Of a DNA stretch of 60,000 nucleotides, positions 37,657-51,684 are shown one piece after another. The translations under genes were made by a program, and so were the position numbers. Under the pieces are notes generated by a model, which was given only the letters and a program-made list of their open reading frames with translations, was not told where the DNA came from and made no database searches. How positions within the stretch are numbered: position 1 is the stretch's first letter; every line of letters begins with the position of its first letter. This DNA is from Lytechinus pictus. Taxonomy: Eukaryota. The DNA lies in NCBI RefSeq assembly GCF_037042905.1, contig NC_087252.1, positions 23,376,001 to 23,436,000 of the forward strand, given 5' to 3'.

Positions 37657-40438
37657 TGGAGATAAGTTCACACTGTGGACATCTCGACTGTTTTAGTGGT
37701 GAAAGTGTTTTCACGTTGTGAACTATATGTGATTCACAATGTTAAAATGCTTGAAATTCAGTAGTCCGGAGATTCACACTGTGGACGTCTCGACTGTGTT
37801 GTTGTGCACAGTCAGTTCACATAATGCAGTATCTGGAGATGTGAGTGATTCACAGAAACCTGAAACTGTTGAAACGAAGTGTGAACACAGTTACCACCAA
37901 ACATTTATGTTCACAGTGTGCTCGCATTGTGGACTGTGCTAAAATGTGATTCACACTTTTAAATTTAACAATGGCATAATGATTTTACTTCCATGATATT
38001 GTAGTCCACCCTGTGCGAAAACACAGTAGACACACTGTGTTAGACAGTGTAGATACCCACTTAGCTTAATATAATGGAGAGTACGTCTGGTTAATAACAA
38101 TGAAGGGGTAAGTCTACACAAAATTTAACTAAAATCAAGGAAATGTAATTTCAATGTGTAACTTGGTATCACATCCAATGCCGATTATTTTCGTCAAGGA
38201 TATATTTGGGCCCATGGTTAAGTAAGTACTCAGGGGCTTTGCCCTGATATTTCGATAGGGGTAAGACGAAAATATGGTCGAATTACAAACTAATTTTAGG
38301 GGTATTGTAGAATTACACTGTCAAGACTTCTCTCTTTTTTTATTCTCTTCATCCTTCTTCCTGTCTTTCCTCCAGTTTTTATTTTTCTCCCCATTCTTTG
38401 ATTTTTTTTTTAGCTACTTGAAGAAAGAATAAAAAAAACAAAACATTTTGCTACCAAGAATGACGGCTTCCCTGCTGTAGTAGACGTACCACTCTTTTCA
38501 TCTCTTTATAACATAGTTTCAATTTTGAAGAAGCTTCTTGCAATTAATCCGATGGCATGTTTTATTATTTACATTTCTCATATTGGACAGATAAAACAGA
38601 TACGTCATCACAGGTAACCCTCTTATACCAATAATTAAACTTCAAGCCCAGTATGTTTTCATCGCCAAAGTCGGAAGGCTAATACAGTCAGACCGCAGCT
38701 CGCGCGATAATGAGCATATTCACGAAGATTTATTCAGCGGCCCTCTAGCGGTCTCCGAAGGAAAACGTGCGATCAATTTGGCTTGATTTTCCCAGTAAAT
38801 TGGAGGGGCTGAAGTTATAGCTCTGTACTGGTCGCTAACTTCAGTTTACGTCGAAACGAATATGTGGTAAGTTATTTCTAAGGCCTTCATCCACATTTTG
38901 ATATATAATTTTTCATATTTCGACATTTTCAACCTACCATTTTTACCTCTATAATTAATGCTTATTTTAGTAATATTTTAACTGCGATTTTGTAGTCGGA
39001 ATTTCACTTTTGGTTCCTGACTTTCACGGCTACATAACCAAATTGTTTCGATCGGGGTTTTTTATGAAGAAGAAAAGTCACTGTTCAAAATATGTCAGAA
39101 CCAATTTGACGCAAACTCACCTTATATTTTTAATTTAGAGAAAACGATACCCTAAAAATCAAGAAGTTCACGTTTTACCCGGAAGTAACCTTCTCGTTCA
39201 CTCTACGATGGCGCGAAATAATGCTAAAATTACGTTCGTCGCGGTTTGGTAGGATTTCGCCTTTGGTCCCATACGTTGAAACCTCTGTATTGATGACAGA
39301 TGGCTCGCATTATTTATATGAGTGTGGACGGTGGACCTGTTTTTGTTTTGTAATTAAGACTTAATATAAACGAAGCTCAATAAGTAGATCTCTTCTAAAG
39401 TTTTATTTAATGATTATCAGGTTTCCGAATTCCATCAAGTTTTATAGATTGAGATATTTCTTGATTTATGTTGAAAAAAAGTTAACCTTTTTTCTTAATT
39501 AGTCGAAGTTGGGTCCCATGATGATTTTTGCCACAGGCTGCGGTTAAGAATGAAATGACGATTAACTTAGACAGTCTACTCTAGACTATAAACAGTTTAA
39601 AGTCAACTTAAAAGTCTGGTACTAACGTACTCAGTATTATTTATAAACCATTTTGTTCAAATAAAAAAATTGTGGCTGTCGCAGACAGTATTGGTCTCTT
39701 GACTTGCATGTAAAATAATTCATACATTATATGTACTTTGAATGATTATTTAGTAATTTAGATTTTCTTTTTTTGTCTCTTCTACACACAGATCTGCACA
39801 CTTGCTGACTCTGGTCTCTACTTGCTACTTCATTCTGGGAGATTCCATCATTTACTATAACGGTTGGACTGATTTGGACAAAGCCATTTATCGTTTTCAA
39901 ACTTTGAACTGATAATTGAACAGAAAATTGATCTTTATCGATATTGGAAACAAAAAAAGTAGAGCACAGTTTTGGCGAGGACTAAAAATACTGACTAGGA
40001 CAGGAATACAGCTTGACAAAAATAAGAATACACAATTTAAAACCAATGAACATTTTTAATGTTACTAATGGTGCATTGCAAGAAACTTTCTACTCATTCA
40101 CACATTCCAAAATCAAGGGTAAGTCATTTGATTAAACACAAACATGTAGTTGATTTGCAATTGAACATAGTTTCTTGCAATGCCCCATAATTATATTTTG
40201 TTCTCAAGCAACTCTGTTAAATGTTATCTAATGTGCTGAAGGTTAAGTGATTATGTACATGTATGTTCACAATTTTTTTTCTCGAAAGGTATAATATATT
40301 TGTCCTTTTAATCGGAATTTGAATGAGGTTATGCTTTGTTTTTGTTTTCCACGGTAATTATTGCATGTATGAACAGAAGTGAAATATTTGTTGTGAAGCA
40401 CTGTGTGAATGTTGTGTGATCATGGAGCTATGGTGTGA

Positions 40439-43400
40439 CCCAGTGAGCAAAATATATGGGGCCCATATGGGTTACTTGTGGGCTTATCAGGGCCAGGGTT
40501 TCGCGTGGGGTAAATATGGACAGGCCCACATCGTACCCATGTAAACCATATGGGGCCCATTTGGGCTATGTATGGGCCCATATGGGCCCCACTTGGCCAA
40601 TCTGGGACCCATATGTACACCCTATGTGGGGCCCATTTGGGCCAAGTGGGTTTAGTGTGGGTTGAATATGGGCAGGCCCACATTGCTCCCATATGGGCCC
40701 CATATGAAAACAATACTGTGTTTTTATATGGGTCCCATGTGGGTCCACGATGTTTTAATCAATTAAAAAAATATATTAATTTGTATCATTAAGGTGACTT
40801 TATATACAACCCAATACTCTAATCCTTATCAATTTATCATATCCTATAATCCTACATTCTAACCCTAAATCCTAATCCTATCCTAATCCTATCCTACACC
40901 TAACCACTGAATCTTGTTATTGACTTCTATATATAGAGCGAGTTTGCTATACTTGACAGGCTATGGTTAATAAAAATTTTCAATATTTAACCTTGAAAAT
41001 TTTCTGCTGAAATTAAATGTTTTGATTTTTTATCTTATGGTAATAAATTACATACTTTTCTGAAACTTTTCATGGTGGAATCCTTGCATAAACATAAACA
41101 TATTAATTGTTGTAGCCGTATTAGCTATAATTTTGGTCATTTACTGTTTTGTAATGAATATTCATGAGTGCAGTCCAGATCGATCATCCAGTGATATTGA
41201 GCTCAGATGTGACCCATCTGGGTCCCAGAAGGCTTATCTGGTACATATGGGCCCAGATATAACCCAGATGGGCCCTCAAGTGGGCCCCATATATCTGGGC
41301 CCCATGTGGACCTACCCACTTCTAGCCCATATGGTTTCCATATGGGCCATATGGGTCCCAGATAACCCACATTGGACCCATATGGGTCCCAGATATTTTG
41401 CTATCTGGGGTGTTCTCCTTTGAAAATTCAAAATTTTTCTTTATTTTAAGATGCATTAACACGATTAGAACCTAACCTGTGAAATGTAAGATCACAAACA
41501 TTTTTTTGTATCCGTAAGCTATTTATCATCAATCAGATTAGCCGTATACATAGGGTACCCGATAAATCCCTAAAATCCACACTAAACATGTGATTTCTAG
41601 AAAAGGCAGGCATTCCAAAGCGAACTTTTATGGGGTTGAGTTCTCATCATAAGTGTATCGAAAAATGTGAAAATGAAGAAAATCTTTTTTTTCTTTTTCT
41701 TTTTTCCCCCTTTTTTTTACCCCTTCGAGATTTACCAACAATGTGAAATATACCTTGATTACTATCTATGTCGAGCTTTAGAATACATGATCGGATTTTA
41801 GTGTCAAGTAACAAATGCAAAGGCTAACATACTAATTAACATTTATCAATCAAACATAGTCAAAAGCTATAATTATTTATGAAAGATATAGGTTATTCTC
41901 ATATTTGGGAAAACCTAAATACATTTTCTAAACGACATCAAGTGGGTACAGTTTCAGGAAGATAGATACTGGAAGAGAATTATTGTAGTAAACTGAGAAC
42001 GTATATAAAGACCTTAAACGTAGGCCCTACATAGAGAAATATTTATAACTAGACATTGATAATCTATAAGTTAGGAATTATTTGAAGATAAGAATTAGCA
42101 ATAGTAAATTTATGACTGAACAAGGGCGACAAAAACAACTAGAAATCAATCAACGTTCTCGCACCCATCCTTAACCCGCAACGAGAAAAATTATGATAAT
42201 AGGCCTATACAATAGTGCCGTCATTTAGAGAACTGAGCTAATCAGGTTACTTCTTGTACATCATGTAAATAAAAGTAATGATTACGATATAAGTAAAATT
42301 TATGTAACTAAATAATATGAGTAATTACAATGACGGAATATGATACATTCGTGTTAATAGATGACGCCATGGACGTGTTGCAATGACTTAATTGTAATAT
42401 CTTGAAATCAGTAAGAGTTTAGCAAAATGTTTAATAATGTATTTTCTTTTCGAATGGACACATATTTTGGCGATTGCTTATATTTACTTGTTTATATATA
42501 TATATATATCTGTTTTGCCACGTTCATTATTTATAATATTTGATGACAATCCTAAACTGTGGATTTTATTTGAATAAATTGATTTGATTTGATTTGATTT
42601 GTAATTTCAATGTTCTTCAAAACATTTTTTTTTACCAACCGTGTTATTTTGTTTTGAAATCCTCCTAATATAGTGATTTACCCCCCCCCCCAAACAAAAA
42701 CAAAAACAAAAAAAAATTAAACAAAACAAAACAAAAACATACACACATTTTGATAGTTTTTCTTCTTTTTATGAAATAATTCCCCGTGAAGTGATGAAAT
42801 AACCATTCCCCTGCACAATATCTAAAAAAGGCGAGTGCGAATTAGCGTAAGCAGATTTTTTCCACGATATAACAGCCTATATTGTTCCCAGCCCCCCCCC
42901 CCTCGTCTTTTTCTTTAATGTAATAATAATAATAGTTGGGCATTTATAAAGCGCCATTTCCTTTCGGTTACATGCAAAGCCCGGTCTCTTTCTCTCCCAC
43001 TTTATCTTTTCTCTTCTCCTGTCCACTCTTATTTTTTTCCATTTCCTCTCCTTTTTGTTTTCCTCTCTTTTTCCTTTCCCCCCTGATTTTTAGACCACCA
43101 ATATGGGGTGGGGGGGGGGGGCGGTCCCTTCGGCCCCTGTATCGCCAATGTATAATGTACATACAGACCCATTCGATACACAAATGTGTGTGCTACCTAT
43201 GGATTTATTATGTGTCTATCAGTAGATTAATAGATTTATATCAGACCACATCGCCTACAGAGATACTGCATATGGCCAATTATTAGTTCTACTATTTTAT
43301 GTGGGTTGTAGTTTGGAGGATTCATTTGGCCCCGTATGGGTTTAATATGTCTCAATCTTGGCTTAGGCGATAAGCCACACCGCCCATATAGATACCACAT

Positions 43401-45062
43401 GGAGCCTATATGGTTTTATTTCATGGGTTCTAGGTAGAACCCAGATGGGGCCAATATGGGTTTGATATGTTTCTATCTGGGCTCAGGCGATGAGACACAT
43501 CGCCCATATAGATACCACATGGGGCCCGTATGGTTTTATAATGTGGGTTCGTGGGAGGACCCAAATGGGCCCCATATGGGTTTGATATGTCTCTATCTGG
43601 GCTCAGGCGATAAACATCATCGCCCCTATATAGATGGCGCATGGGGCCCATATGGTTTACTTATTTTTTGGTTTCAGGTAGGACCAATATATAGGGCCCA
43701 TATGGGTTTGATACGTTTCTTTCTGGGCTCAAGTGATCCCATATACATACAAAGTGGGGCCCATATGGTTTTACTTCGTAGGTTCTAGGTGGGAAGACCC
43801 ATATAGGCCCCATATGGGTTAGATATGTCTCTATCTGGGATCAGGCGATAAGCCACACCGCCCATATGGAAACAACATGGGGCCCATATGGTTTTATTAT
43901 ATGGATTCGTGGGAGGACCCATATGGGCCCCAAATGGGTTTTATATTTTTCTATCTGGGCTCAGTCGACCCAGAAATATGCCACTTCGCCCATATAGATA
44001 CCACATGGGGCCCATATGGTTTTATTATGTGGGTTCTAGGTGGGAAAACCCATATGGGCCCCATATGGGTTTTATATGTTTCTATCTGGGCTCAGTCGAT
44101 CCATAATTATGCCGCTTCGCCCAGATAGATACCACATGGGGCCCATATGGTTTTATTATGTGGGTTCTAGGTGGGAAAACCCATATGGGCCCCATATGGG
44201 TTTTATATGTTTCTATCTGGGCTCAGTCGATCCATAATTATGCCACTTCGCCCATATAGATACCACATGGGGCCCATATGGTTTTATTATATGGGTTCTA
44301 GGTGGGAAAACCCATATAGGCCCCATATGGGTTTTATATGTTTCTATCTGGGCTCAGTCGATCCATAATTATGCCACTTCGCCCATATAGATACCACATG
44401 GGGCCCATACGGTTTTATTATGTGAGTTCTAGGTGGGAAAACCCATAAAGGCCCCATATGGGTTTTATATGTTTCCATCTGGGCTCAGTCGATCCATAAT
44501 TATGCCACTTCGCCCATATAGATACCACATGGGGCCAATATGGTTTTAATATGTGGGTTCTAGGTGGGAAAACCCATATGGGCCCCATATGGGTTTTATA
44601 TGTTCCTTTATGGGCTCAGGCGATCCATAATTATGCCACTTCGCCCATATAGATACCACATGGGGCCCATATGGTTTTATTATGTGGGTTCTAGGTGGGA
44701 AAACCCATATAGGCCCCATATGGGTTTTATATGTTTCTATCTGGGCTCAGTCGATCCATAATTATGCCACTTCGCCCATATAGATACCACATGGGGCCCA
44801 TATGGTTTTATTATGTGGGTTCTAGGTGGGAAAACCCATATGGGCCCAATATGGGTTTTATATGTTTCTATCTGGGCTCGGTCGACCCTGAAATAAGACC
44901 ACATCGCCCATATAGATACCACATGGGGCCCATATGGTTTTTATTATCTGGGTTCTAGGTGGGACAAACCATATGGGCCACATATGGGTTTTACATGGTA
45001 CATATGGGCCCCAGTAGGCCCACATGATTCCCATATGGGCCCCATATACTTTGCTATCTGGA
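40439..45062. mobile_element. CCC-ended element (CMC/EnSpm-like) with CCCATATGGG/GGGCCC subterminal arrays
   Basis: TIR CCCAGTGAGCAAAATATATGGGGCCCATATGGG vs CCCATATGGGCCCCATATACTTTGCTATCTGGA; probable 2-bp TSD GA; extra internal end at ~41409. Confidence 0.8.
43300..45000. repeat. 131-bp tandem array forming the right arm of the CCCATATGGG element
   Basis: Units recur at 44040, 44171, 44302, 44433, 44564. Confidence 0.9.
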
Positions 45063-45239
45063 GATGGTATAATTAATTCATCATTTTTGTTATAAGACTG
45101 TAAACTTGGTGGATGTGAGGGAGTGGCCTGGATGAAAGGAAAGTGAACATGTGTCCAATTACTGATTTACATATGTTTAGACAATTTTGTTCGTGGATGA
45201 ATATTAATGTGTATTCCCTACATTCCATGCAAAGAGTAA

Positions 45240-45780
45240 AGGAGAAGTCCACCCCACCAAAAATTAATTTGAATTTAAAGAAAAATAAAGTATTGCAGAA
45301 AATTTAATAAAAACTATGATTCAAAATTAAAAAAAATTACTATTTTGACATTGAGAAATTTGCCTGATTTTATTAAACAATTATATGCTCATCTTGGTCA
45401 ATGTGCAAATTACAGAACTGATTATGTCACACGCACTCTAATTTCTTGTGTATTTTTTGTTTGATACATGTTCATGACATGTATATTTTATTTTGATTTT
45501 CTCATTTTCTTTGACAAATTTTGAGAGGGATTTTAATTCCTCGATTAACGTTCATAGTTTCCATGAATGTAACCTTTTGTGATTCGATGAAGAGTTTTTA
45601 TATCAAATTTGCTAAAATTGATATAAAAAAATGCAACCAAATTTTAGAAATTAATGTGATGCGAGTGACATAATCAACTTTACTTGTATACCATTGTTTT
45701 GTGTATATAACTGTTTTATGTTAAAAAAGGGAAATTTCTCTATTTATTCAAAGAATTTTTTGTTGATGTGCACTTGACCT
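45240..45780. mobile_element. Old diverged copy of the Kolobok-like MITE
   Basis: aggagaagtccacccca...cacttgacct|ttaa with internal similarity to the 6011 copy. Confidence 0.7.
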
Positions 45781-48700
45781 TTAACTCACTTCCCTTCCCA
45801 CCTCTGTCCAAATAAGTGTAATCAAGAACTTGAAAATCAAGTGATTAAGAAGAAGTAAGATTTAATCATAGAGTTATTAATAGCTCCATGATTTCATAAT
45901 ACAGGCCTAAATAGAAATTCACATGAAAGTAAAAGGAGAATAAAGCTGGGTAGGAACGGGGAAGGAATATGATTTAGAGAAAAAGCCAAAATATATCCCT
46001 ACCACCCCCCCCCAAAAAAAAAAATACCAGTTCATTGGCGGGTCCGAACCAGGGTCCCTGCACACGTCAAAACAATGTGCTTACGCAAATCGATAGATCG
46101 CTTTCGTACTTTTTACGGGTTTTTAATGCTATATGAAATGTTGTAAGTCTGTGCGCCGCAGCTGTTGACCAATCAGAACGCGTCGGCAATTCTACTCCAA
46201 TTCCAATCATTTTGCGTTGGACATTGCCGTGTTTTTTTGTGGTTCCTGACTTTGCTACATCATAAAATTTCATAATTCTTTTTCAGTCGTAAAGAAGAAT
46301 ATCTACGCTTTACATTGATTATTATATCAATTTGACGCAAATGTGAATTCTATGTAAAAATACGCTCCGTTTATACACATATATTTCTTTAAAAAAATCC
46401 TTTTTTCTAAGCTAAATATCGGTCTACAAAATACGTTAAATGTGCATTTTATTTAACTGATCAGGAATTTCAAACCCTTATCTATAAAATTAGACCAATT
46501 TTGTGAGGAATAAACGATTCTAAGAGCAAAAAACACCGATCTGAAAGTTCGTCTTCACAGCTCATTACGTATGCATATCCACGGACGGCTATGCATACCG
46601 CTGAATAAAATAGAGCACTTTCGGACGGGCTGCGGACTAACTGAATAACTCGTCTAGGAACAATATACCTGTTGCCAGGCAAGAGATATTCTCTTTCTGC
46701 CCAGTATTTCACCAAATGGTGATATCGCTATTTTATGCTGCACGTACAGGGCGTGAGGTTGGGTCATGCCACTCTGTACAGTTCAACATTGTATTAAATA
46801 CAGGAACACTACTGCTAATGGTTGGTTAATGAGTTCACCAAAATGTGGCTGTTATTGTCATAACATTCTCTCAATTTCAGCTACGGCGGAACCGGGGGGA
46901 CTATACAGGGATCAATGACCCTAACAATTTTTGGAAAGTGACCCCCCACCTAGTCCTTTGCCAGGACTGTTCTACTTTTCAGTTGATCAATAACACAATC
47001 CTCGACCTCTACGCCCGAAATGAAAACAGCCACACGATTTCCTACCCTCATCATTGGTGAGGGGCGTGAAAGAGGGGATAGCGCGATCACTGGAGATGGC
47101 GCGCATGCATGGGAGAATAAAGCAAGGGGAGAGAAATAACAAGTACACCGACGTCTAGAATCTAGACTACCCCCCCCCCCCCCACCCTGCCCCTCTTTTC
47201 AAGACAGAAACGACCCTTTCTTTTAATAAGCAAAGTATGAATATTTCATTTTGCTAACTTTGCATTCTAAAATCGCAAAATTTCCTCACGCGATCGTACC
47301 GCTCTCGCGCTTTATCTTAACAAAAAAAAAAATGTTCAATGGCAAATTCCTCCGTTTAGCTGCATTGCACATATGTCTTGGCCACATCTTCCGAATAATT
47401 TCGATTGATCTGATCAACTTCAACTGTATGGAAATCCATGTCGTAATTTTGTCTACAAACAATTTGCACAACCTTTTTAAAATGATTTCAATGATTGTAT
47501 GAATGTACAGCATATCTAGAAAATATTTCGAGTAATCATGCACTTTAGGTGATAATGTTGCTGGCTGTTCATAGTTAGGTTTGATCATATAAATCGTAAC
47601 TCTTTGTAAGACGGGGTCCTGGTGCATTAAGGGAGTACGGTTATACTGCGTTCAATTTCTGAATTGTATGATTCTAGTGCATTTTAGATATGGTTATAAC
47701 TTTGATCATAAACCAAGCTAAACATCCACTGGTATATGGGGGGGGGGGCTGTCATATCCTGACATCTTTGAGGGAGGGGGGTGATTTGTTCAAACATAGA
47801 TCTACAATCTTCAAGTTAAGTGTACAATTCAATATTGGGGTCAATTGGTTAACATGGTTGGGGATTACAGACGCAAATATTTTTCTGTGTGAGGGATTAT
47901 TTTTTTTATTTGAGGGATGGGGGGGGGGGGTCAGTTGCATAATGAGCCCAAAATATGTGGGGGCCATTCATATTCAACGGTAGAAAAAAAAAAATTCGAA
48001 AAAAAGCTGCGAAGGAGAGATTGAAGCGAGCGAGAAAATTTTTAGACCTTTTTGATTAAAATATATATAAATTTGTGATAGCTTTTTGACATATATATTA
48101 TATATCGTTTTTTGTACTTTTCTTTCTCCGTTTTTTTTTTGTTCTTCGCGGTGAAACGTTTGGGGGTCCATGGCCCCTAAACTCCTTTTTAGATTAGTTG
48201 GAGTAGGGTTATCAGGCGAGTATCCAGCATCAGGTCCTATGGGCCCAATTTTCTGGGGATGATAGTGACTCTATTGTGCTCTTGCATGGGCCCATTCATT
48301 TCTTTGTCATAGCTGATGCTGGATACACTAGTGGTAATCCTCGAGTCTGCGGTTTTCAGTACTAGATGTGCATATTAGCTTTATTTTAAGACTGAAGACT
48401 CCGTAATTCGTAAGGACTATATCAGTAATGGACGCGCGAAGCGCGAGCTGATATTTTGATATTGGCCTACTGACCTAAAATGGTCCATGATTTCATGGTT
48501 CTTTCCCTTTGATCGCCTCTTTATATTTCGGTTCTTGTGTATTTTGTATCCTCTCCACTTATTTTACCTAATAAACCTAAACAAAGAATACTAACGAAAA
48601 TGAGCTGATATTCAAATTGGTAAAATAATTGGGGAACACCCCATGCGCTTGATCGCGGGTAGGAGTGAAATTTGGAGAAAAAAACGTCATCTATAAAAGC

Positions 48701-49314
48701 ATAAACATTACATTTGTATTTCATTTCCTGCTGGATTTCTTTCCTCTCTCCATCTATCTGTATCTAGCATTTTCCGAAAGAAATGGTTTCATTTAATAAT
48801 ACCAGATATGTACATATTAAGAAAATTACAAAAAAATATGGTTATCAGGCATAATATACAATAATCCAACATGAATGGAGGAAGTGTGTTTTGTTCACTG
48901 TTCATTATGGACTGAGAAGACATGCGTGTCCTATGTTTTCTAAGCATATAACCTGTAGCAGAGTAATTAATGAGATTACATATAGTCATTAATTGATATT
49001 GTGGTCAAAACGAAACCACAGACTGGACGATAAGCACTATCCAAATCCCGTTGATTAATGACCATAAAATACCAAAGCCTCGTAATGAATGATCTTTCAG
49101 TGTACCCTACGTCCAGAGTGACATATGACATTGCAATGCCTTCTAGAAATAAAAGAGCGGGGGCGATTCCATTCGGGCAAAGGAATTAAGCTAGGGGCGA
49201 CTTCCTTTATGATTATTTCAATATAGAAAAGATAGGAAAGAAGAGTAAAAAGACGCAGAAGGGGGAAAACGCAGATCGTTTATGCCCATGACGATAAGGG
49301 TAGAATAAGTTGGT

Positions 49315-49713
49315 TACACTTCGTAATTCCGAAGGTTCTTTATTCCGAAGGTTCGTAATTCCGAAAACGAAATAAGGCTCGATGTCCGAAGGTTCGTTAA
49401 TCCGAAAACGAAATAAGGTTCGTTGTTCCGAAGGTTCGTTAATCCGAAAACGAAATAAGGTTCGTTGTTCCGAAGGTTCGTTAGTCCGAAAACGAAATAA
49501 GGTTAGTGAATCATTTAGTTTTCGGACTAACGAACCTTCGGAATTACGAACCTCATTTCTTTTTCGGATTAACGAACCTTCGGAATTACGAACCTCACTT
49601 TGTTTTCGGACTAACGAACCTTCGGAATTACGAACCTCATTTCGTTTTCGGACTAACGAACCTTCGGAATATCCGAACCTTCGGAATAACGAAGCTTCGG
49701 ATTTACGGATGTA
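49315..49713. mobile_element. Foldback-type MITE, paralog of 14294-14677
   Basis: Same subrepeats and flanks. Confidence 0.8.
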
Positions 49714-51114
49714 TGCGGAATGGGTTGTATATCTGTACGAACACTCATATGTTTTTAATGAAACAAATGCATATCAATTTGTCACCCCCTCTCGCCCCCT
49801 CCATCAAAAAAAAATTACGCTGAAGAGTACGAATTATGATTTTCATCGAAATTTCTGTCATCTCGCTGATTTGACTTTTTTCACGCCAAATCTATTTCAA
49901 AATGATTAATCATACTTTAAGTATTTTAGATTTTAGGACTCGCTCAGTTTATCGTAATACTGCACAGTATTCAATTCTTATCCCCTGAACTCAAACTTGT
50001 CTATTTTCTGTCTAATTTTTACCCCTAACATTCATGACTAAATCCCCATTAAAATGTCTTTCCCAAAATGCAAAGGGTGCGTAAAACCATGGCGCACTTA
50101 CCATGTTTCCGGTTTTGATAGTTACAAAGATTTTTTATGAAGAAGACACTCGTAAAGAAACTTGAGTTTTACTACCTTTTTAGTTGGTTTCACATAGGAA
50201 ACACAAGCCAATTCAACGAGCAATTTTAGGAGCATGGTACCACTCCACGTAATATTCCTCTCCTGTTTATAGCAATGAAAACTTAGGATTACATATTCCA
50301 AATGTAAGAAAGTATCCGGTCCGAATTTTAACTTGCCCTAAAAAGAAAAATGATATCTCACATTTACCATTGCCCAACCATGTATGAGTGTGTGGGTGTG
50401 GATGTAATTAATTTTCCCCATCATTTCAAACAACTTCCGAAGATGTTTTCACCTACTTACATTAACAAGAGACAAAAACCTGGTTTCAGAGGTTTTCCGT
50501 TATTTATTTGCAAGTGGTGTTTAACTAAAGTGATACAATATCGGCAACTGTATACCCACTCTAAAAAAATATTGGGTAAAAGTGCTCCATACGGGTAATT
50601 ATGTGTCCAGCCAACATTGGGCTTTTTTTTTTTTACCCAGTGTGATGAAAATTTGGCCCAATTAAAGTAATTGCTGCTTATTTTTAACCTTACTGGACAT
50701 ATGCTTCCCACATTGGGTAAAATACTGCCCCAAATTGGTTGGGCACATAATTACCCCCGTGGTGGTAAAGATTTTACCCAATATTTCTTATAGTGCAGTA
50801 TTACTTGTTTTATGATTGTTTGTTTTTCTGGAAAATATAATTAGTTGGTGGGGGACAGGTAGAAGACTTAATAATTGCGTATCTTCGTTGTTGGGAGGGA
50901 AAGGTATACCTTTCAATCTCGAGATTGTAAAATGATTTATTGATCTATCAAAACGAAGATCTAATACATATCCCATATTCCTTCCATATTTAGCCATCCC
51001 TTTTAGGGCTCTACGTCCATGTGGTGAAGCTAATCGGGTGAAACTTTCTTTATTCTATTGGTAAAACTCCGATCTATTTTTAACTTGTCGTTGTAATTAT
51101 GATTTCACATAACC

Positions 51115-51306
51115 GAAAGTGAAATGGACAAAGGGCTCCTCCCCTCATATCCTCAATCGAAGTATGAATGATTGTATCTCTTGGTTGAAGTAGCAGCCTG
51201 CTTGCAACCAATGGATGACCCTTCACAAGTATTCTCTGAAAGTGAATCCTCTGTTTTGAGAGCAACACATCCTTTGTCATTCTCCCAAACGCCATGAAAA
51301 CTGAAA
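51115..51306 (+). promoter_or_regulatory. IRF/ISRE-like motif cluster upstream of Ig gene B
   Basis: GAAAGTGAAA, GAAAGTGAAT and GAAAACTGAAA as in copy A. Confidence 0.45.
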
Positions 51307-51402
51307 TAGTGACAGAACTATAGGAAACCCTCATCTGGATAACTGTGCTATTCAGGATCAGCTCGTATTCTATACTGTGGATATATATATTACGTTATAA
51401 AG

Positions 51403-51442
51403 ATGGGGAGGATGGCAGAATCGGTTTTATTTGCCATTTCTG
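51403..51442 (+). CDS. Ig gene B exon 1 (MGRMAESVLFAIS)
   Basis: ATG, phase-1 G|GTAAGA donor, in frame with exon 2. Confidence 0.75.
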
Positions 51443-51684
51443 GTAAGAAAGCTTTTGGATTGTATTTTTAAAATGTACCAAATGTTCGTTAAAAACTTCA
51501 AAGTAAACACACTTGTTTAACGAATTGCGAGCAGACCTATGTTGAGGATCATATTTATGTGATTTCATTATCAAAGAAGATGCAAACCTATCATCTTTTG
51601 AAAATGTTGATTTTTTTTTTCTGTGAAAGTATATATATGATGACGTATTAAGACGAGCTAAATGGACAACATGGATAGATCATG

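Larger units (their letters stand above)
30353..37960. repeat. 110-bp tandem repeat (gtgattcacaatgttaaaatgcttag...aagttcacactgtggacatctcgactg), interrupted by a solo LTR and a CCC...GGG element
   Basis: Period 110 (30721, 30831, 30941); uninterrupted paralog at 58314-59045. Confidence 0.9.
38685..46643. mobile_element. ~8 kb composite TIR element, CAG...CTG termini, 4-bp TSD AATA; no transposase ORF seen
   Basis: CAGTCAGACCGCAGC / GCTGCGGACTAACTG; empty site ggctAATAactc at 59767-59778. Confidence 0.85.
38591..46792 (+). pseudogene. Decayed exon 5 of Ig gene A (38591-38684 plus 46644-46792)
   Basis: Homologous to 59676-59915 but with several small indels, an 8-kb insertion and no GTAAG donor. 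Confidence 0.85.
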
